Positions 47,701 through 57,407 are shown, counted from the first letter of the stretch. The stretch is DNA of 64,000 bases from an uncultured Eubacteriales bacterium (GCA_900315265.1 OMYN01000002.1:74877-138876); one strand, 5' to 3'. The notes: generated from the letters alone by a model not told the origin. Made by a program: numbers and translations.

Positions 47701-49116
47701 TTATGCTTTTTCCCAGACCGTGCCCTGACGGGTGTCCTTGATGACGATCCCTTTGCCTGCCAGCTCTTCGCGGATAGCATCCGCCTTAGCGAAGTCTTTG
47801 GCCTTTTTCGCCTCTTTGCGCTCCGCGATCCTGGCTTCGACATAAGCCCTCAGTTCGTCATCCACCTGGTCCTGTGCCTTGCCTCCGGCTCCGCGGGTCT
47901 TGGTCAGGTCAAGGGACAGGACCTGATCAAAATCCTCTTCGACCGCCAGCTTGGTGGAGTCGTTCAAAGAAGGATCTTTAAGGACGTCATACAAAAGGGT
48001 CAGGCTGGAAGCGGTGTTCAGATCCATGCCCATGGTATCCAAAAACTTTTGACGCCAGGCAGCCTTCTGCTCTTCATTGACCGCTTCTTTATCGGACAGG
48101 GCGGCTACAGAAGCCAGCAGTTTTTTATAGACGTTGGCCATCTGGTCCATGACGCCGTAGTCAAACTCCAGGGGCTTGCGGTAATGGGACTGCAGGCAGA
48201 AAAGGCGGTATACCAGGGGATCGTAGCCCTTTTCCTCCAAAGTGGAAACGGTCAGCACGTTGCCCTTGGACTTGCTCATCTTACCGTTTTTATCGTTCAG
48301 ATGCTGTACATGGAACCAGTGACGGCACCAGGGGTGGCCCAGATAGGCTTCGCTCTGCGCGATCTCATTGGTGTGATGGGGGAAGATGTTGTCCACGCCG
48401 CCGCAGTGCAAATCCAGGTGTTCTCCCAGGTTTTTGATAGCGATACTGGTGCACTCGATATGCCAGCCGGGATAGCCGACTCCCCAGGGGCTGTCCCATT
48501 TGAGAGCCTGATCTTCAAACTTGGACTTGGTGAACCAGAGGACGAAATCCGCCTTATTGCGTTTGTTGGTATCTTCTTCCACGTCGTCCCGCACACCGAC
48601 CTGCAGTTTGGACTCGTCGTGCCCGGTCAGGCAGTAATAATTCTGAACTTTCGACGTGTCAAAATAGACATTAGGGCCGGCTTTATAAGCGTATCCCTTA
48701 TCCATCAGCACGCTGATGATCTTGATCAAGTCGCCGATCATGCTGGTCGCGGGGACTACTGTATCCGGCTTGCGGATATTCAGTTTGCGGCAGTCTTCAA
48801 AAAAGGCATCCGTGTAAAACTTTGCCACCTGCATAACGGTCTTATGCTCGCGCTCGGCGCTCCTGACCATCTTGTCGTCGCCCGTATCGGCATCCGAGGT
48901 CAAATGGCCCACGTCGGTAATATTCATGACACGGCGTACATCATAACCGCTGTAGCGCAAAAACTTCTCCAGTACGTCTTCTTCGATATAGCTGCGCAGA
49001 TTTCCGATATGAGCGTAGTGATATACGGTCGGTCCGCAGGTATACATACGGATGATGTTGCCGTCTACCGGTACGAATTCATCGATCGTTTTGGTCAGCG
49101 TATTATAAAGCTGCAT
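47701..49116 (-). CDS. cysS: cysteine--tRNA ligase
   Basis: HIGN and KMSKS motifs. Confidence 0.95.
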   Translation of the reverse strand: MQLYNTLTKTIDEFVPVDGNIIRMYTCGPTVYHYAHIGNLRSYIEEDVLEKFLRYSGYDVRRVMNITDVGHLTSDADTGDDKMVRSAEREHKTVMQVAKFYTDAFFEDCRKLNIRKPDTVVPATSMIGDLIKIISVLMDKGYAYKAGPNVYFDTSKVQNYYCLTGHDESKLQVGVRDDVEEDTNKRNKADFVLWFTKSKFEDQALKWDSPWGVGYPGWHIECTSIAIKNLGEHLDLHCGGVDNIFPHHTNEIAQSEAYLGHPWCRHWFHVQHLNDKNGKMSKSKGNVLTVSTLEEKGYDPLVYRLFCLQSHYRKPLEFDYGVMDQMANVYKKLLASVAALSDKEAVNEEQKAAWRQKFLDTMGMDLNTASSLTLLYDVLKDPSLNDSTKLAVEEDFDQVLSLDLTKTRGAGGKAQDQVDDELRAYVEARIAERKEAKKAKDFAKADAIREELAGKGIVIKDTRQGTVWEKA

Positions 49117-49247
49117 GATTGCGTCTCCTCGTTCTATTTACCCACTAAACCGGTGGGCTTATCTTAGTATACCTTCTTGGGCCATGAAAAGCAAGCAGGA
49201 CGGCTCTTTTCTTTTATAACTGTCCTTTTCTTCTCTTTGCCCTGCCC

Positions 49248-49898
49248 CTAGTCAAACAAAGATGTCTGCTCATAGGCGTGTCCGCCGCTATTGTCCGCGT
49301 TTCCGTTCTTTCTTTCATCGGACCCGCTCCGGACTGCCTGGCAGACGAGGCCGGAACTTTCCGTGTCTAAAAGCTGCCGGATCAGAGCCCTGGCAAAGTC
49401 TGTTTCAAAGACCCATTCTTCCGCTCTTTTTTCCGGGACGATGACCGGCATCCTGTCATGGACAGGGGATACCGACGAGTCGGCCGGTCTGGTCAGAATG
49501 ACGAATTCGCCGCCCTTTCCGGACGGGCGCCAGATACCGCCCAGAAAAAGGACGGGACAGTCATCATCCCAAAAACGCATCTGGCGGCGGTCTTTTGTCC
49601 ATTCGTAGAAGGAAGCGGCCGGCAGCAGGCAGCGTCCCTGCTCAAAAGCTTTTCTATATAGGGGCCGCTCCTCTACCGTCTCGCTGCGGGCATTGATCAA
49701 CAGGCGCCCGTGTATCTCAAAACCCCAGCAGCGCGGTAGGGCCAGTATGTGGCGGCTGCCGCCCGCCAGAGTCAGCGCAGACTGAGAAGGAAACACATCT
49801 CCCTTTTTCAGGGAAGGGACGGTCCCCTCCAGCTGCCCGGCCAGCAGGTTTTCGATCTGGGCCGACGTATCATCGGCTACGTAATAACGGCCGCACAT
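49248..49898 (-). CDS. SOS response-associated peptidase (SRAP/YedK/HMCES family)
   Basis: Begins MCGRYY. The N-terminal Cys2 after Met is the family hallmark. The ATG overlaps the upstream stop (TGATG). The 273-aa track ORF is an upstream read-through of this frame. Confidence 0.85.
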   Translation of the reverse strand: MCGRYYVADDTSAQIENLLAGQLEGTVPSLKKGDVFPSQSALTLAGGSRHILALPRCWGFEIHGRLLINARSETVEERPLYRKAFEQGRCLLPAASFYEWTKDRRQMRFWDDDCPVLFLGGIWRPSGKGGEFVILTRPADSSVSPVHDRMPVIVPEKRAEEWVFETDFARALIRQLLDTESSGLVCQAVRSGSDERKNGNADNSGGHAYEQTSLFD

Positions 49899-50536
49899 CA
49901 ATCTTTGCCTGTACTGCTGCGGTGAGGCCGGCTGACGTCCAGGCTCAGGTCCCCGGCATGGCTCTCGTCCAGGCCTTCCATAAGCAGCAGCTTCTCGGTC
50001 AAAAGGCGGGCAAAGGTGCCGGTCATGGCTGTCAGGATGATCAGCTCCGAAGGGTCCTGGGCCGCCCATTCAGGCGCATCCGGATGATCCAGGATCTTGC
50101 CGGCCATCTGGCGGATCTCCCTGCGGAACAGGTCTCCGGCCTTACTGTGCTGCTGGCAGAATTGTTCGTAAATGTCCCTTACCTGATCCTTGCTGATATT
50201 CATAGGAATGATCTTCTGGATCAGGGCCAGGCTCATCCCCTGTTTCAGCGAGCAGATGATCAGAAGGTAGGCGATGTGGACCCGGTAATAGCGCTTTTTG
50301 ACCGGGCCCGGCATGATCTTCATGCGTACATAGTTGTTGATGGTAGCTGCCGTTAAGAACTGGTCGTCCTTGATCTCGGGAGGCATATAATCCAGGTAAT
50401 CTTTAAGCAGCACGATCACCTGCTCCATATAAAGTCCCAGATCCGGGATCTGATCCCATTCGGGCAGCCGGTACTCTTCCAGATACTTTTCCCAGCGTCT
50501 GAGCTTGGCAGCGATAACTTTTTTATCAAAATCCAT
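49898..50536 (-). CDS. DUF1836-like protein (putative MerR-like HTH)
   Basis: LPEWDQIPDLGLYMEQVIVLL and LTAATINNYVRMKIMPGPVKKRYYRVHIAYLLIICSLKQ match my recollection of DUF1836. Confidence 0.7.
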   Translation of the reverse strand: MDFDKKVIAAKLRRWEKYLEEYRLPEWDQIPDLGLYMEQVIVLLKDYLDYMPPEIKDDQFLTAATINNYVRMKIMPGPVKKRYYRVHIAYLLIICSLKQGMSLALIQKIIPMNISKDQVRDIYEQFCQQHSKAGDLFRREIRQMAGKILDHPDAPEWAAQDPSELIILTAMTGTFARLLTEKLLLMEGLDESHAGDLSLDVSRPHRSSTGKD

Positions 50537-50538
50537 AA

Positions 50539-51447
50539 TTATGACCGATTAAGAATCTTTTCTCCGTCAAAGATAATGACACCGAAGCCGGCTCCGTGTT
50601 TTCCGCCTTTGAGCATATACTCTTTCAGGGCTTTTCTGGCCCGCGTATTTTCCGGCAGCAGCTGGACCGGTATCTGAGCAAAGGGACCGAACATACGCCA
50701 TTCGTCGCTGAAGGTCTGATAGGGATCTTCAAGGATCACGTCGAAATCATGGTAAAACTCGCGGATATGGGACCCCTGGGGCCATACCGGCTCGTAACCG
50801 GGCCACAAGAGCCAGGAATGGCAGACCAGAACGGCGATCCTGCGGCCGGTTTCCGGATCGGTATAAAGCTTGTCGTAAAAATACTGATAAGCCTTTTTAT
50901 AGGAAGCCAGACGGGAGGGAGTATCAAAAGGCTCCCCGCTGGACGGAATGTGCATGTTCAGGATGAGGTCGCCTTTTTTGACGGTCAGCCCTTTATAGGT
51001 ATAAGGTTTATCCTCATAATAAGTTTGGGTCTGATATTCCAGTCTTCCTAACTTAAACAGTTCATGTTTGAAGAAAATATCATACCAGAAAGCGACGAAG
51101 GTCCCCCAGATACCGTAGCGGTAGCGGCACTCCAGCAGTTTATAGCGAAGATCCTCAAAGGTTGGCAGAAAGGTTTCTTCATCGTATAAAGGTTCCGCTT
51201 CCTTAGCGCAGTCCAGCATCATCAGCATCATCAGAGTATATTCATGAAGGCCGGTGCGCCTGCTTATGTCTAAAAGCAGCGGGCGGAGCACCCTGTAGTC
51301 GAAGCCGGAAGAAGTGTAGGCTTCTTTGGCCGCGTCAAAGTCAGCCTGGACTTTTTCAAGGACACTCAGACAGTCCTCGAAATAGCTGACGGCTTCCTGA
51401 GGAAAATTCAGACGTCTGGCAAGATCGATCTGATATGCAGCATCCAT
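50539..51447 (-). CDS. acyltransferase-domain protein (GNAT-like C-terminal domain family)
   Basis: 302 aa. GRLEYQ..NMHIPSSGEPF..VCHSWLL pattern, recalled from memory. GGAGG RBS. Confidence 0.55.
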   Translation of the reverse strand: MDAAYQIDLARRLNFPQEAVSYFEDCLSVLEKVQADFDAAKEAYTSSGFDYRVLRPLLLDISRRTGLHEYTLMMLMMLDCAKEAEPLYDEETFLPTFEDLRYKLLECRYRYGIWGTFVAFWYDIFFKHELFKLGRLEYQTQTYYEDKPYTYKGLTVKKGDLILNMHIPSSGEPFDTPSRLASYKKAYQYFYDKLYTDPETGRRIAVLVCHSWLLWPGYEPVWPQGSHIREFYHDFDVILEDPYQTFSDEWRMFGPFAQIPVQLLPENTRARKALKEYMLKGGKHGAGFGVIIFDGEKILNRS

Positions 51448-51482
51448 GTCTTGATACCTCCAAAATAATACAGGAAAAGGAC

Positions 51483-52535
51483 TTAGTTCTCGTCCCAGGG
51501 ATCGACAACGACTTTGATGGACTCCTGTCCCATCTGGGTCTTGATAGCTTCTTCCATATGATTGATACCCAGCGTATGGGTAATGATGGGCTCGTAGTTG
51601 ATACGGCCGGCATTGATCAGTTTGACGGCGCGCAGATGGGTGTCCGGATTGACGAAACTGCCTTTGATAGTCAGTTCCTTTTTATAAACGTCAAACAAAG
51701 GCAGCGGGAAGGTGGCATCTACTTTGGGAACACTGAACAGAACGATCGTAGCACCTTTTTTGGCAAATTGGAAAGCACTTTTGACGGCCGCGTTATTGCC
51801 GACACACTCGATGACAACATCGGCTCCGTCCTGGCCCAGGCCTTTTTCCAGCTGCTGCATATAATCAGGCTGTGTGGGATCGATGGCCGCATCCGCTCCT
51901 AAAGTCAAAGCTGACTGACGGCGTTTGGAGTTCGGTTCGCTGACACAGATCTTGGCCGCGCCGGACAATTTCGCCAGCTGCATCATGATCAGTCCGATGG
52001 CTCCTCCCCCGACGATAACGACGCTGTCTCCGGTGGTGATACCGGCCCGGTCGATACCGCGCAGGCAGCAGGCAGTCGGCTCCGTCATAGCGCCCCACTT
52101 CCAGGGAACGTTTTTATCCAATTTAAAAGCCTGGCTGGCCGGAACGACGCTGTACTGCTCAAAGCCTCCGTCCATGGTAACACCGATGGCTTCCATATGC
52201 TCGCACAGCTGTTTCTTGCCGGTCTGGCAGTAGTAGCAGTGTCCGCAGTAAATATTGGGATCGACGGTAACGTGATCGCCTACCTCAAAGCCTTCGACTC
52301 CGGCTCCCACTTCTACGATCTCGCCGCTGTACTCGTGACCCAGAACGACCGGAGGATTGACATCGGCTGAACCAGGCTCACCGTGGAAAATATGAACGTC
52401 GGTCCCGCAGATGCCTGCCGCCATGTTCTTGATAACGACCTGCCCCTGGCCGGCAGTCGGGACTGCTTTTTCTTTAACTTCAAAATACCCCTCGTTTTTG
52501 CCTTCGGGGATACCCATAAAATATGCTGCTTTCAT
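51483..52535 (-). CDS. zinc-dependent alcohol dehydrogenase family protein (sorbitol/threonine dehydrogenase-like)
   Basis: CGTDVH and GHEYSG motifs, structural Zn Cys cluster CGHCYYCQTGKKQLC, and GGGAIGL. Confidence 0.9.
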   Translation of the reverse strand: MKAAYFMGIPEGKNEGYFEVKEKAVPTAGQGQVVIKNMAAGICGTDVHIFHGEPGSADVNPPVVLGHEYSGEIVEVGAGVEGFEVGDHVTVDPNIYCGHCYYCQTGKKQLCEHMEAIGVTMDGGFEQYSVVPASQAFKLDKNVPWKWGAMTEPTACCLRGIDRAGITTGDSVVIVGGGAIGLIMMQLAKLSGAAKICVSEPNSKRRQSALTLGADAAIDPTQPDYMQQLEKGLGQDGADVVIECVGNNAAVKSAFQFAKKGATIVLFSVPKVDATFPLPLFDVYKKELTIKGSFVNPDTHLRAVKLINAGRINYEPIITHTLGINHMEEAIKTQMGQESIKVVVDPWDEN

Positions 52536-52662
52536 GATTGCTCTCCTTTTTACGGGACATATTGTATCTACTTATTATATATGTTCTCTTACGATTCGTC
52601 CATTGTCAAAAAATCTTTCCGACTATATCTGTCAAAAAACTGACAAATTTACGTGCTTTTGA

Positions 52663-52691
52663 TTGACACCGGCCAAGCTTACGAGTACATT
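52663..52691 (+). promoter_or_regulatory. putative sigma-A promoter of the sugar ABC operon
   Basis: TTGACA (52663-52668), 17 nt spacer, TACATT (52686-52691). Confidence 0.45.
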
Positions 52692-52762
52692 AAAAAATTA
52701 TGGCAGAATGCTGTTTTGTCTGTCCGAATTTCCAAGTTGGAAACACAAAAGAGGAAAGAATC

Positions 52763-53938
52763 ATGAAAATCACACTTGATCATCTGACCAAGAAGTTCCC
52801 TAACCGGGACAAAACAAAGGGTGATGTTACAGCCGTCGGAGATTTTTGCTTCGATATCCCTGATGGTAAGCTGATCGGACTGTTAGGCCCCTCAGGCTGT
52901 GGAAAGTCCACGACGCTGAACCTTATCAGCGGTCTGGAAACGCCTACCAGCGGCCGCATCTTTTTCGGCGAAGACGATGTGACCAAGCTGCCTCCCGAAC
53001 ACCGGGGGATCGGTCTGGTTTTCCAGAATTACGCCCTTTACCCTCACCTGACGGTAAGACAAAACATTCTGTTTCCTTTGCAGAACCTGAAAGGTAAAAA
53101 CAAGCTCTCCAAAGAACAAATGAACGAAAAGGCCCTGGAAGCCGCCAAACTGGTCCAGATCGATGAACTGATGGACCGTAAACCCAGCGAACTGTCCGGC
53201 GGCCAGCAGCAGCGTGTTGCGATCGCCCGCGCCCTGGTCAAGATGCCCCGCGTCCTGCTTCTGGACGAGCCTCTGTCCAACCTGGATGCCCGCCTGCGCC
53301 TGCAGACCCGTGAGGAGCTGCGCCGGATCCAGCAGAAGACCGGCATCACCACCATTTTCGTGACCCACGATCAAGAAGAGGCCATGAGTATCTCGGATGA
53401 GATCGTCGTTATGAAATCCGGCATCATCCAGCAGATCGGTAAACCTCAGGATGTATATGATTCCCCGGCCAACCTCTTCGTCGCTAAATTCCTGGGCACT
53501 CCTCCCATCGACGTCTTCAACGGCACCGTCAAAGGCGGCAAGCTGTATATAGGAGACGAGGCGGTCCTGCCTGCTGTCGGCGTGGAAGATCAGGATGTCT
53601 ATGTCGGCATCCGTCCGGAAGGATTTATCCTTAATGATAAGGGAGCTTTCACCTGCCAGCTGCAGAATGTAGAAGTCATGGGACGCGATACCAGTGTGGT
53701 TTCCACCCATAAAGAATCTCTCAACGTGACCATCCGTTCCATCATCAGTGCTGAGAACAAAGTCGACACCGCCAGCAAGGACGTCCGCTTTGACCTCAAG
53801 CCTTACAAAGTCTTCTTATTTAATAAAGAAACCGAAAAGCGGATCCTCTTCGGAGGCCAGTTAGCTGCCGACGTGCCCGCTGAAATGGAAGAGTCCCTGG
53901 ATACTGCCGCCGGCAGGACCGACAGCCAAAGCAAGTGA
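52763..53938 (+). CDS. sugar ABC transporter ATP-binding protein (MalK/UgpC type)
   Basis: GPSGCGKST, LSGGQQQR and LLLDEPLSNLD motifs. ATG at 52763 follows AGAGGAAAG. Confidence 0.9.
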   Translation: MKITLDHLTKKFPNRDKTKGDVTAVGDFCFDIPDGKLIGLLGPSGCGKSTTLNLISGLETPTSGRIFFGEDDVTKLPPEHRGIGLVFQNYALYPHLTVRQNILFPLQNLKGKNKLSKEQMNEKALEAAKLVQIDELMDRKPSELSGGQQQRVAIARALVKMPRVLLLDEPLSNLDARLRLQTREELRRIQQKTGITTIFVTHDQEEAMSISDEIVVMKSGIIQQIGKPQDVYDSPANLFVAKFLGTPPIDVFNGTVKGGKLYIGDEAVLPAVGVEDQDVYVGIRPEGFILNDKGAFTCQLQNVEVMGRDTSVVSTHKESLNVTIRSIISAENKVDTASKDVRFDLKPYKVFLFNKETEKRILFGGQLAADVPAEMEESLDTAAGRTDSQSK

Positions 53939-53951
53939 AAGGACGGATTTC

Positions 53952-54845
53952 ATGAAAAAATCTAATAATTGGAAAGCGTGGCTGTATCTGCTGCCCGCCC
54001 TGATCTTCCTGGGCGTGTTTATGATATACCCGCTGATCGATGTTTTCGTTTATTCCTTCCAGGAGGGCTATAACTCCGCTTCGCAGAGCTATTTCGGAGT
54101 CGGCTGGTACAACTATTCCTATGTGCTGCATGATCCTTATTTTCTGCAGGCCGTTAAAAACACCTTTCTGATCGTTATCATCACCGTCCCCATCTCGACC
54201 GGACTGGCCCTTCTTTTGTCGGTGATGCTGTCCTCGATCAAAAAGCTGCGCCAGCTTTATCAGACCATTTACTTCCTGCCTTATGTCACCAACACTCTGG
54301 CCGTCGGCCTGGTCTTCATGATCCTGTTCAAAAAGACTCCTTACACGGATGGTCTGGTCAACCTGATCATCAAGATGTTCGGAGGACATTCGGTAGACTT
54401 CATCGAGGGACCTTACTGGGCCAAGATGTTCGTAATGTGCTTTTACACCATCTGGGTCGTTATGCCTTTCAAGGTCCTGATCCTGACCAGCGCCCTGGCT
54501 TCGGTCAACCAGGACTATTACAAGGCTGCCAAGATCGACGGGACCTCCAAATGGCGTACCTTTACCCGTATCACCCTGCCCATGATCTCCCCCATGATCT
54601 TTTACCTGATCATCACCGGTTTCATCGGAGCCTTCAAGGCATATTCGGATGAGGTCGCCATCTTCGGGACCAACCTGAATGCCGCGGGCATGAACACCAT
54701 CGTCGGCTATGTATACGATATGCTGTACGGCGATTCGGGCGGATTTCCTTCCTACGCGTCCGCTGCAGCGATCATCCTGTTCGTGATCGTACTGACCATT
54801 ACCGTCATTAACCTGATGGTCAGCCGCCGCAATACCCATTATTAA
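53952..54845 (+). CDS. carbohydrate ABC transporter permease
   Basis: 297 aa, 6 TM, EAA-like loop (YKAAKIDGTSKWRTFTRITLP). Confidence 0.9.
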   Translation: MKKSNNWKAWLYLLPALIFLGVFMIYPLIDVFVYSFQEGYNSASQSYFGVGWYNYSYVLHDPYFLQAVKNTFLIVIITVPISTGLALLLSVMLSSIKKLRQLYQTIYFLPYVTNTLAVGLVFMILFKKTPYTDGLVNLIIKMFGGHSVDFIEGPYWAKMFVMCFYTIWVVMPFKVLILTSALASVNQDYYKAAKIDGTSKWRTFTRITLPMISPMIFYLIITGFIGAFKAYSDEVAIFGTNLNAAGMNTIVGYVYDMLYGDSGGFPSYASAAAIILFVIVLTITVINLMVSRRNTHY

Positions 54846-54855
54846 GGAGGCTGTC

Positions 54856-55731
54856 ATGGCAGATACTCAAAATTACCAGGCAATCGAACATAAAGCCAAA
54901 GTCAGATCCAGGATCAGCCAGACCATCGTTCACATCCTGCTGGCTCTGTGGGCCGTCATCGTCCTCTTCCCCTTTTACTGGATGCTTTTGACCTCGGTCA
55001 AAAGCTACGGTGCCTACAACTCCGAATATATCCCCAAGTTTTTTACCCTGTCCCCCACCTTTCAGAACTATATCGACGCCTTCACGACCGTGCCACTGGG
55101 CCGCTACCTGCTCAATACCCTGATCTTCGCGGTAGTCACCACGGCCATCATGATGGTCGTCATTATCGGGGCAGCCTTTGCCTTCGCCCGTCTGGACTTT
55201 AAAGGCAAAAACTTTCTGTTCACTTTCTTCCTGGCCCTGATGATGATCCCCAACGAGCTGGTCATCATCACCAACTTCCAGACCATCACCCACTGGGGCA
55301 TGCGCAATACCTTCCTGGGCCTGATCCTTCCCTCGGTCACCAGTGTTTTCTACATCTACCTTCTGAAAGAAAACTTCGAAGGCATACCGGACAGCCTCTA
55401 TAAGGCAGCCAAGGTGGACGGTACCTCAGACTTCAAGTACCTGACCCGCGTAATGATCCCCATCGCCCGTCCCACCATCATCACCATCATCATCCTTAAA
55501 GTCATCGAGTGCTGGAACTCCTTCGTATGGCCCCGCCTGATCACTGATAAGCAGGAATATTTCCTGGTTTCCAACGGTATCCAGGAGATCCGGGAAAACG
55601 GCTTCGGCCGTGAGAACGTGCCGGCCATGATGGCCGCCGTTGTCGTCATCTCCGTTCCGCTGATCATTTTGTTCCTGATCTTCCGCAAAAAGATCATGGC
55701 CGGCGTTTCCAGAGGAGGTACCAAAGGATGA
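54856..55731 (+). CDS. carbohydrate ABC transporter permease
   Basis: 291 aa, 6 TM, EAA-like loop (YKAAKVDGTSDFKYLTRVMIP). Confidence 0.9.
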   Translation: MADTQNYQAIEHKAKVRSRISQTIVHILLALWAVIVLFPFYWMLLTSVKSYGAYNSEYIPKFFTLSPTFQNYIDAFTTVPLGRYLLNTLIFAVVTTAIMMVVIIGAAFAFARLDFKGKNFLFTFFLALMMIPNELVIITNFQTITHWGMRNTFLGLILPSVTSVFYIYLLKENFEGIPDSLYKAAKVDGTSDFKYLTRVMIPIARPTIITIIILKVIECWNSFVWPRLITDKQEYFLVSNGIQEIRENGFGRENVPAMMAAVVVISVPLIILFLIFRKKIMAGVSRGGTKG

Positions 55732-57335
55732 AAACTGTCCTTGCCCGCGCTTTGTCTCTGGCCCTTGCCGTCTGCCTGGTCCTGGCCGGCCTGGCCGGCT
55801 GCCATGGTCAGCAGAAGCAGTCCGCCTTTCAGGTGCCGGATGAATTTGATACCAGCAAAGATATCGAACTGACCTTCTGGGCCAAAAACGACACCAACAA
55901 AACTCAGACGGCTATCTATCAGAAAGCCATCGAAGATTTTCACGATCTCTACCCCAACATCAATGTAACCATCCGCCTCTATACCGACTACGGCAAGATC
56001 TACAACGATGTCATCACCAATATCCCCACCAACACGACGCCTAACGTCTGTATCACCTACCCGGACCATATCGCCACGTATATGACCGGAAGCAACACGG
56101 TCGTTCCGCTGGACCAGCTCTTTGCCGACGAAAAATACGGATTTGCCGGCTCAGAACTTAAGTATGATGCTCCCTCAGCCGATCAGATGGTCGAAAAGTA
56201 CATGAACGAGTGCAAGATCGGCGATCAGCATTACGCGATCCCCTTCATGCGTTCGACCGAAGCCGTGTACATCAATAAAGACCTGGTCGAAAAGCTGGGC
56301 TACCAGATCCCGGACGTTCTGACCTGGGACTGGATGTTCGAAGTTGCAGAAGCAGCTACCAAGAAAAACGCGGACGGCACCTACGCGCTGAACGGTCAGA
56401 ATGTTATGATCCCCATCATTTACAAGTCGACCGATAACATGATGATCCAGATGCTCAAGCAGAAAGAGGCCGGCTACTCCACCGATTCCGGAGAGATCGA
56501 TCTGTTCAACGACGAGACCACTGCTATTCTGAAAGAAGTCGCCCGGCACGCTCAGACCGGGGCCTTCTCCACTTTTAAGATCTCCAGTTATCCTGCCAAC
56601 TTCCTAAATGCCGGCCAGTGCATCTTTGCCATCGACTCAACGGCCGGTTCCACCTGGATGGGTACCAATGCTCCTCTGGGTGACATTTCCAAGGATCAGA
56701 TCATGGACTTTGAGACAGTGGTCAAACCAATCCCCCAGTTCGATCCGGACCATCCCCAGATGATCTCGCAGGGTCCTTCCATTTGTATTTTCAATAAAGA
56801 GGATCCTCAGGTCGTGCTGGCCTCCTGGCTGTTCGCCCAGTTCCTTTTGACCGATCAGGTACAGGATGCCTATGCAGAGACCGAGGGCTATATCCCCGTC
56901 ACCACCAAAGCCCAGGATTCCGACGAATATCAGCAGTACCTGGCCGCGGCCGGTACCGATAACCAGGTGCACTATCAGACCAAGATCGATGCCACCAACA
57001 TGCTGCTGGACAATATCGACAACACGTTCACGACTCCGGTCTTCAACGGTTCGGCTTCTCTTAGGGACGCCGCCGGTTCTCTGATCGAATCGGTCGTCAA
57101 ATCCGTCCGCCGCAAACAGACCATCGATGACGACTATATCACCAAGTTGTACGCGGACACCACGACCCTGTATCATCTGGACACTTTGTCCGCTGCGTCT
57201 GGGGCTAAGAAAGATCTGGGACCTCTGCCCGGTACCGCCAAAGCGCTATTGATCACGTTAGGTCTTATCTGGATTGGTATCATCCTGGTCTTCATCCGGC
57301 AGAAACAGGCTGCCAAAGCCAGACAAAGGCAGTAA
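55728..57335 (+). CDS. extracellular solute-binding lipoprotein with a C-terminal LPGTA + TM + basic tail
   Basis: Lipobox LAGLAGC. Large family-1-type SBP body. The C-terminus is LPGTAKALLITLGLIWIGIILVFIRQKQAAKARQRQ. The ATG overlaps the permease stop (ATGA). Confidence 0.85.
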   Translation: MKTVLARALSLALAVCLVLAGLAGCHGQQKQSAFQVPDEFDTSKDIELTFWAKNDTNKTQTAIYQKAIEDFHDLYPNINVTIRLYTDYGKIYNDVITNIPTNTTPNVCITYPDHIATYMTGSNTVVPLDQLFADEKYGFAGSELKYDAPSADQMVEKYMNECKIGDQHYAIPFMRSTEAVYINKDLVEKLGYQIPDVLTWDWMFEVAEAATKKNADGTYALNGQNVMIPIIYKSTDNMMIQMLKQKEAGYSTDSGEIDLFNDETTAILKEVARHAQTGAFSTFKISSYPANFLNAGQCIFAIDSTAGSTWMGTNAPLGDISKDQIMDFETVVKPIPQFDPDHPQMISQGPSICIFNKEDPQVVLASWLFAQFLLTDQVQDAYAETEGYIPVTTKAQDSDEYQQYLAAAGTDNQVHYQTKIDATNMLLDNIDNTFTTPVFNGSASLRDAAGSLIESVVKSVRRKQTIDDDYITKLYADTTTLYHLDTLSAASGAKKDLGPLPGTAKALLITLGLIWIGIILVFIRQKQAAKARQRQ

Positions 57336-57373
57336 AAGGCCATAACATTTAAAGCAGGGCCCATGCAGAACCA

Positions 57374-57407
57374 AAAACGGGCATCCGGTCGGATGTCCGT
57401 TTTTTTA
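57374..57407 (+). terminator. rho-independent terminator after the SBP gene
   Basis: AACGGGCATCC-GGTC-GGATGTCCGTT followed by TTTTTT. Confidence 0.85.

Noticed and set aside
39946-49167. Series of long antisense ORFs (39946..41142, 42625..43719, 43942..45228, 46148..47581, 48049..49167; similarly 21906..22976 and 53820..54857)
   Set aside because: Each lies fully inside a well-supported gene on the other strand (GH29, argG, nfnB, ADH, cysS, gap, permease). Each translates to repetitive G/D/R/H/Q-rich sequence without motifs.
49117-49247. T-box leader upstream of cysS
   Set aside because: Only ~130 nt are available. I could not find a specifier loop, T-box sequence or terminator/antiterminator pair. 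The single hairpin (49141-49157) has no U-tract.
49248-50069. 273-aa ORF taken at face value as one gene
   Set aside because: The first 57 codons overlap the DUF1836-like gene in another frame and are Pro/Gly/Arg-rich. SRAP proteins require Cys at position 2, which fits the internal MCGR start at 49898.
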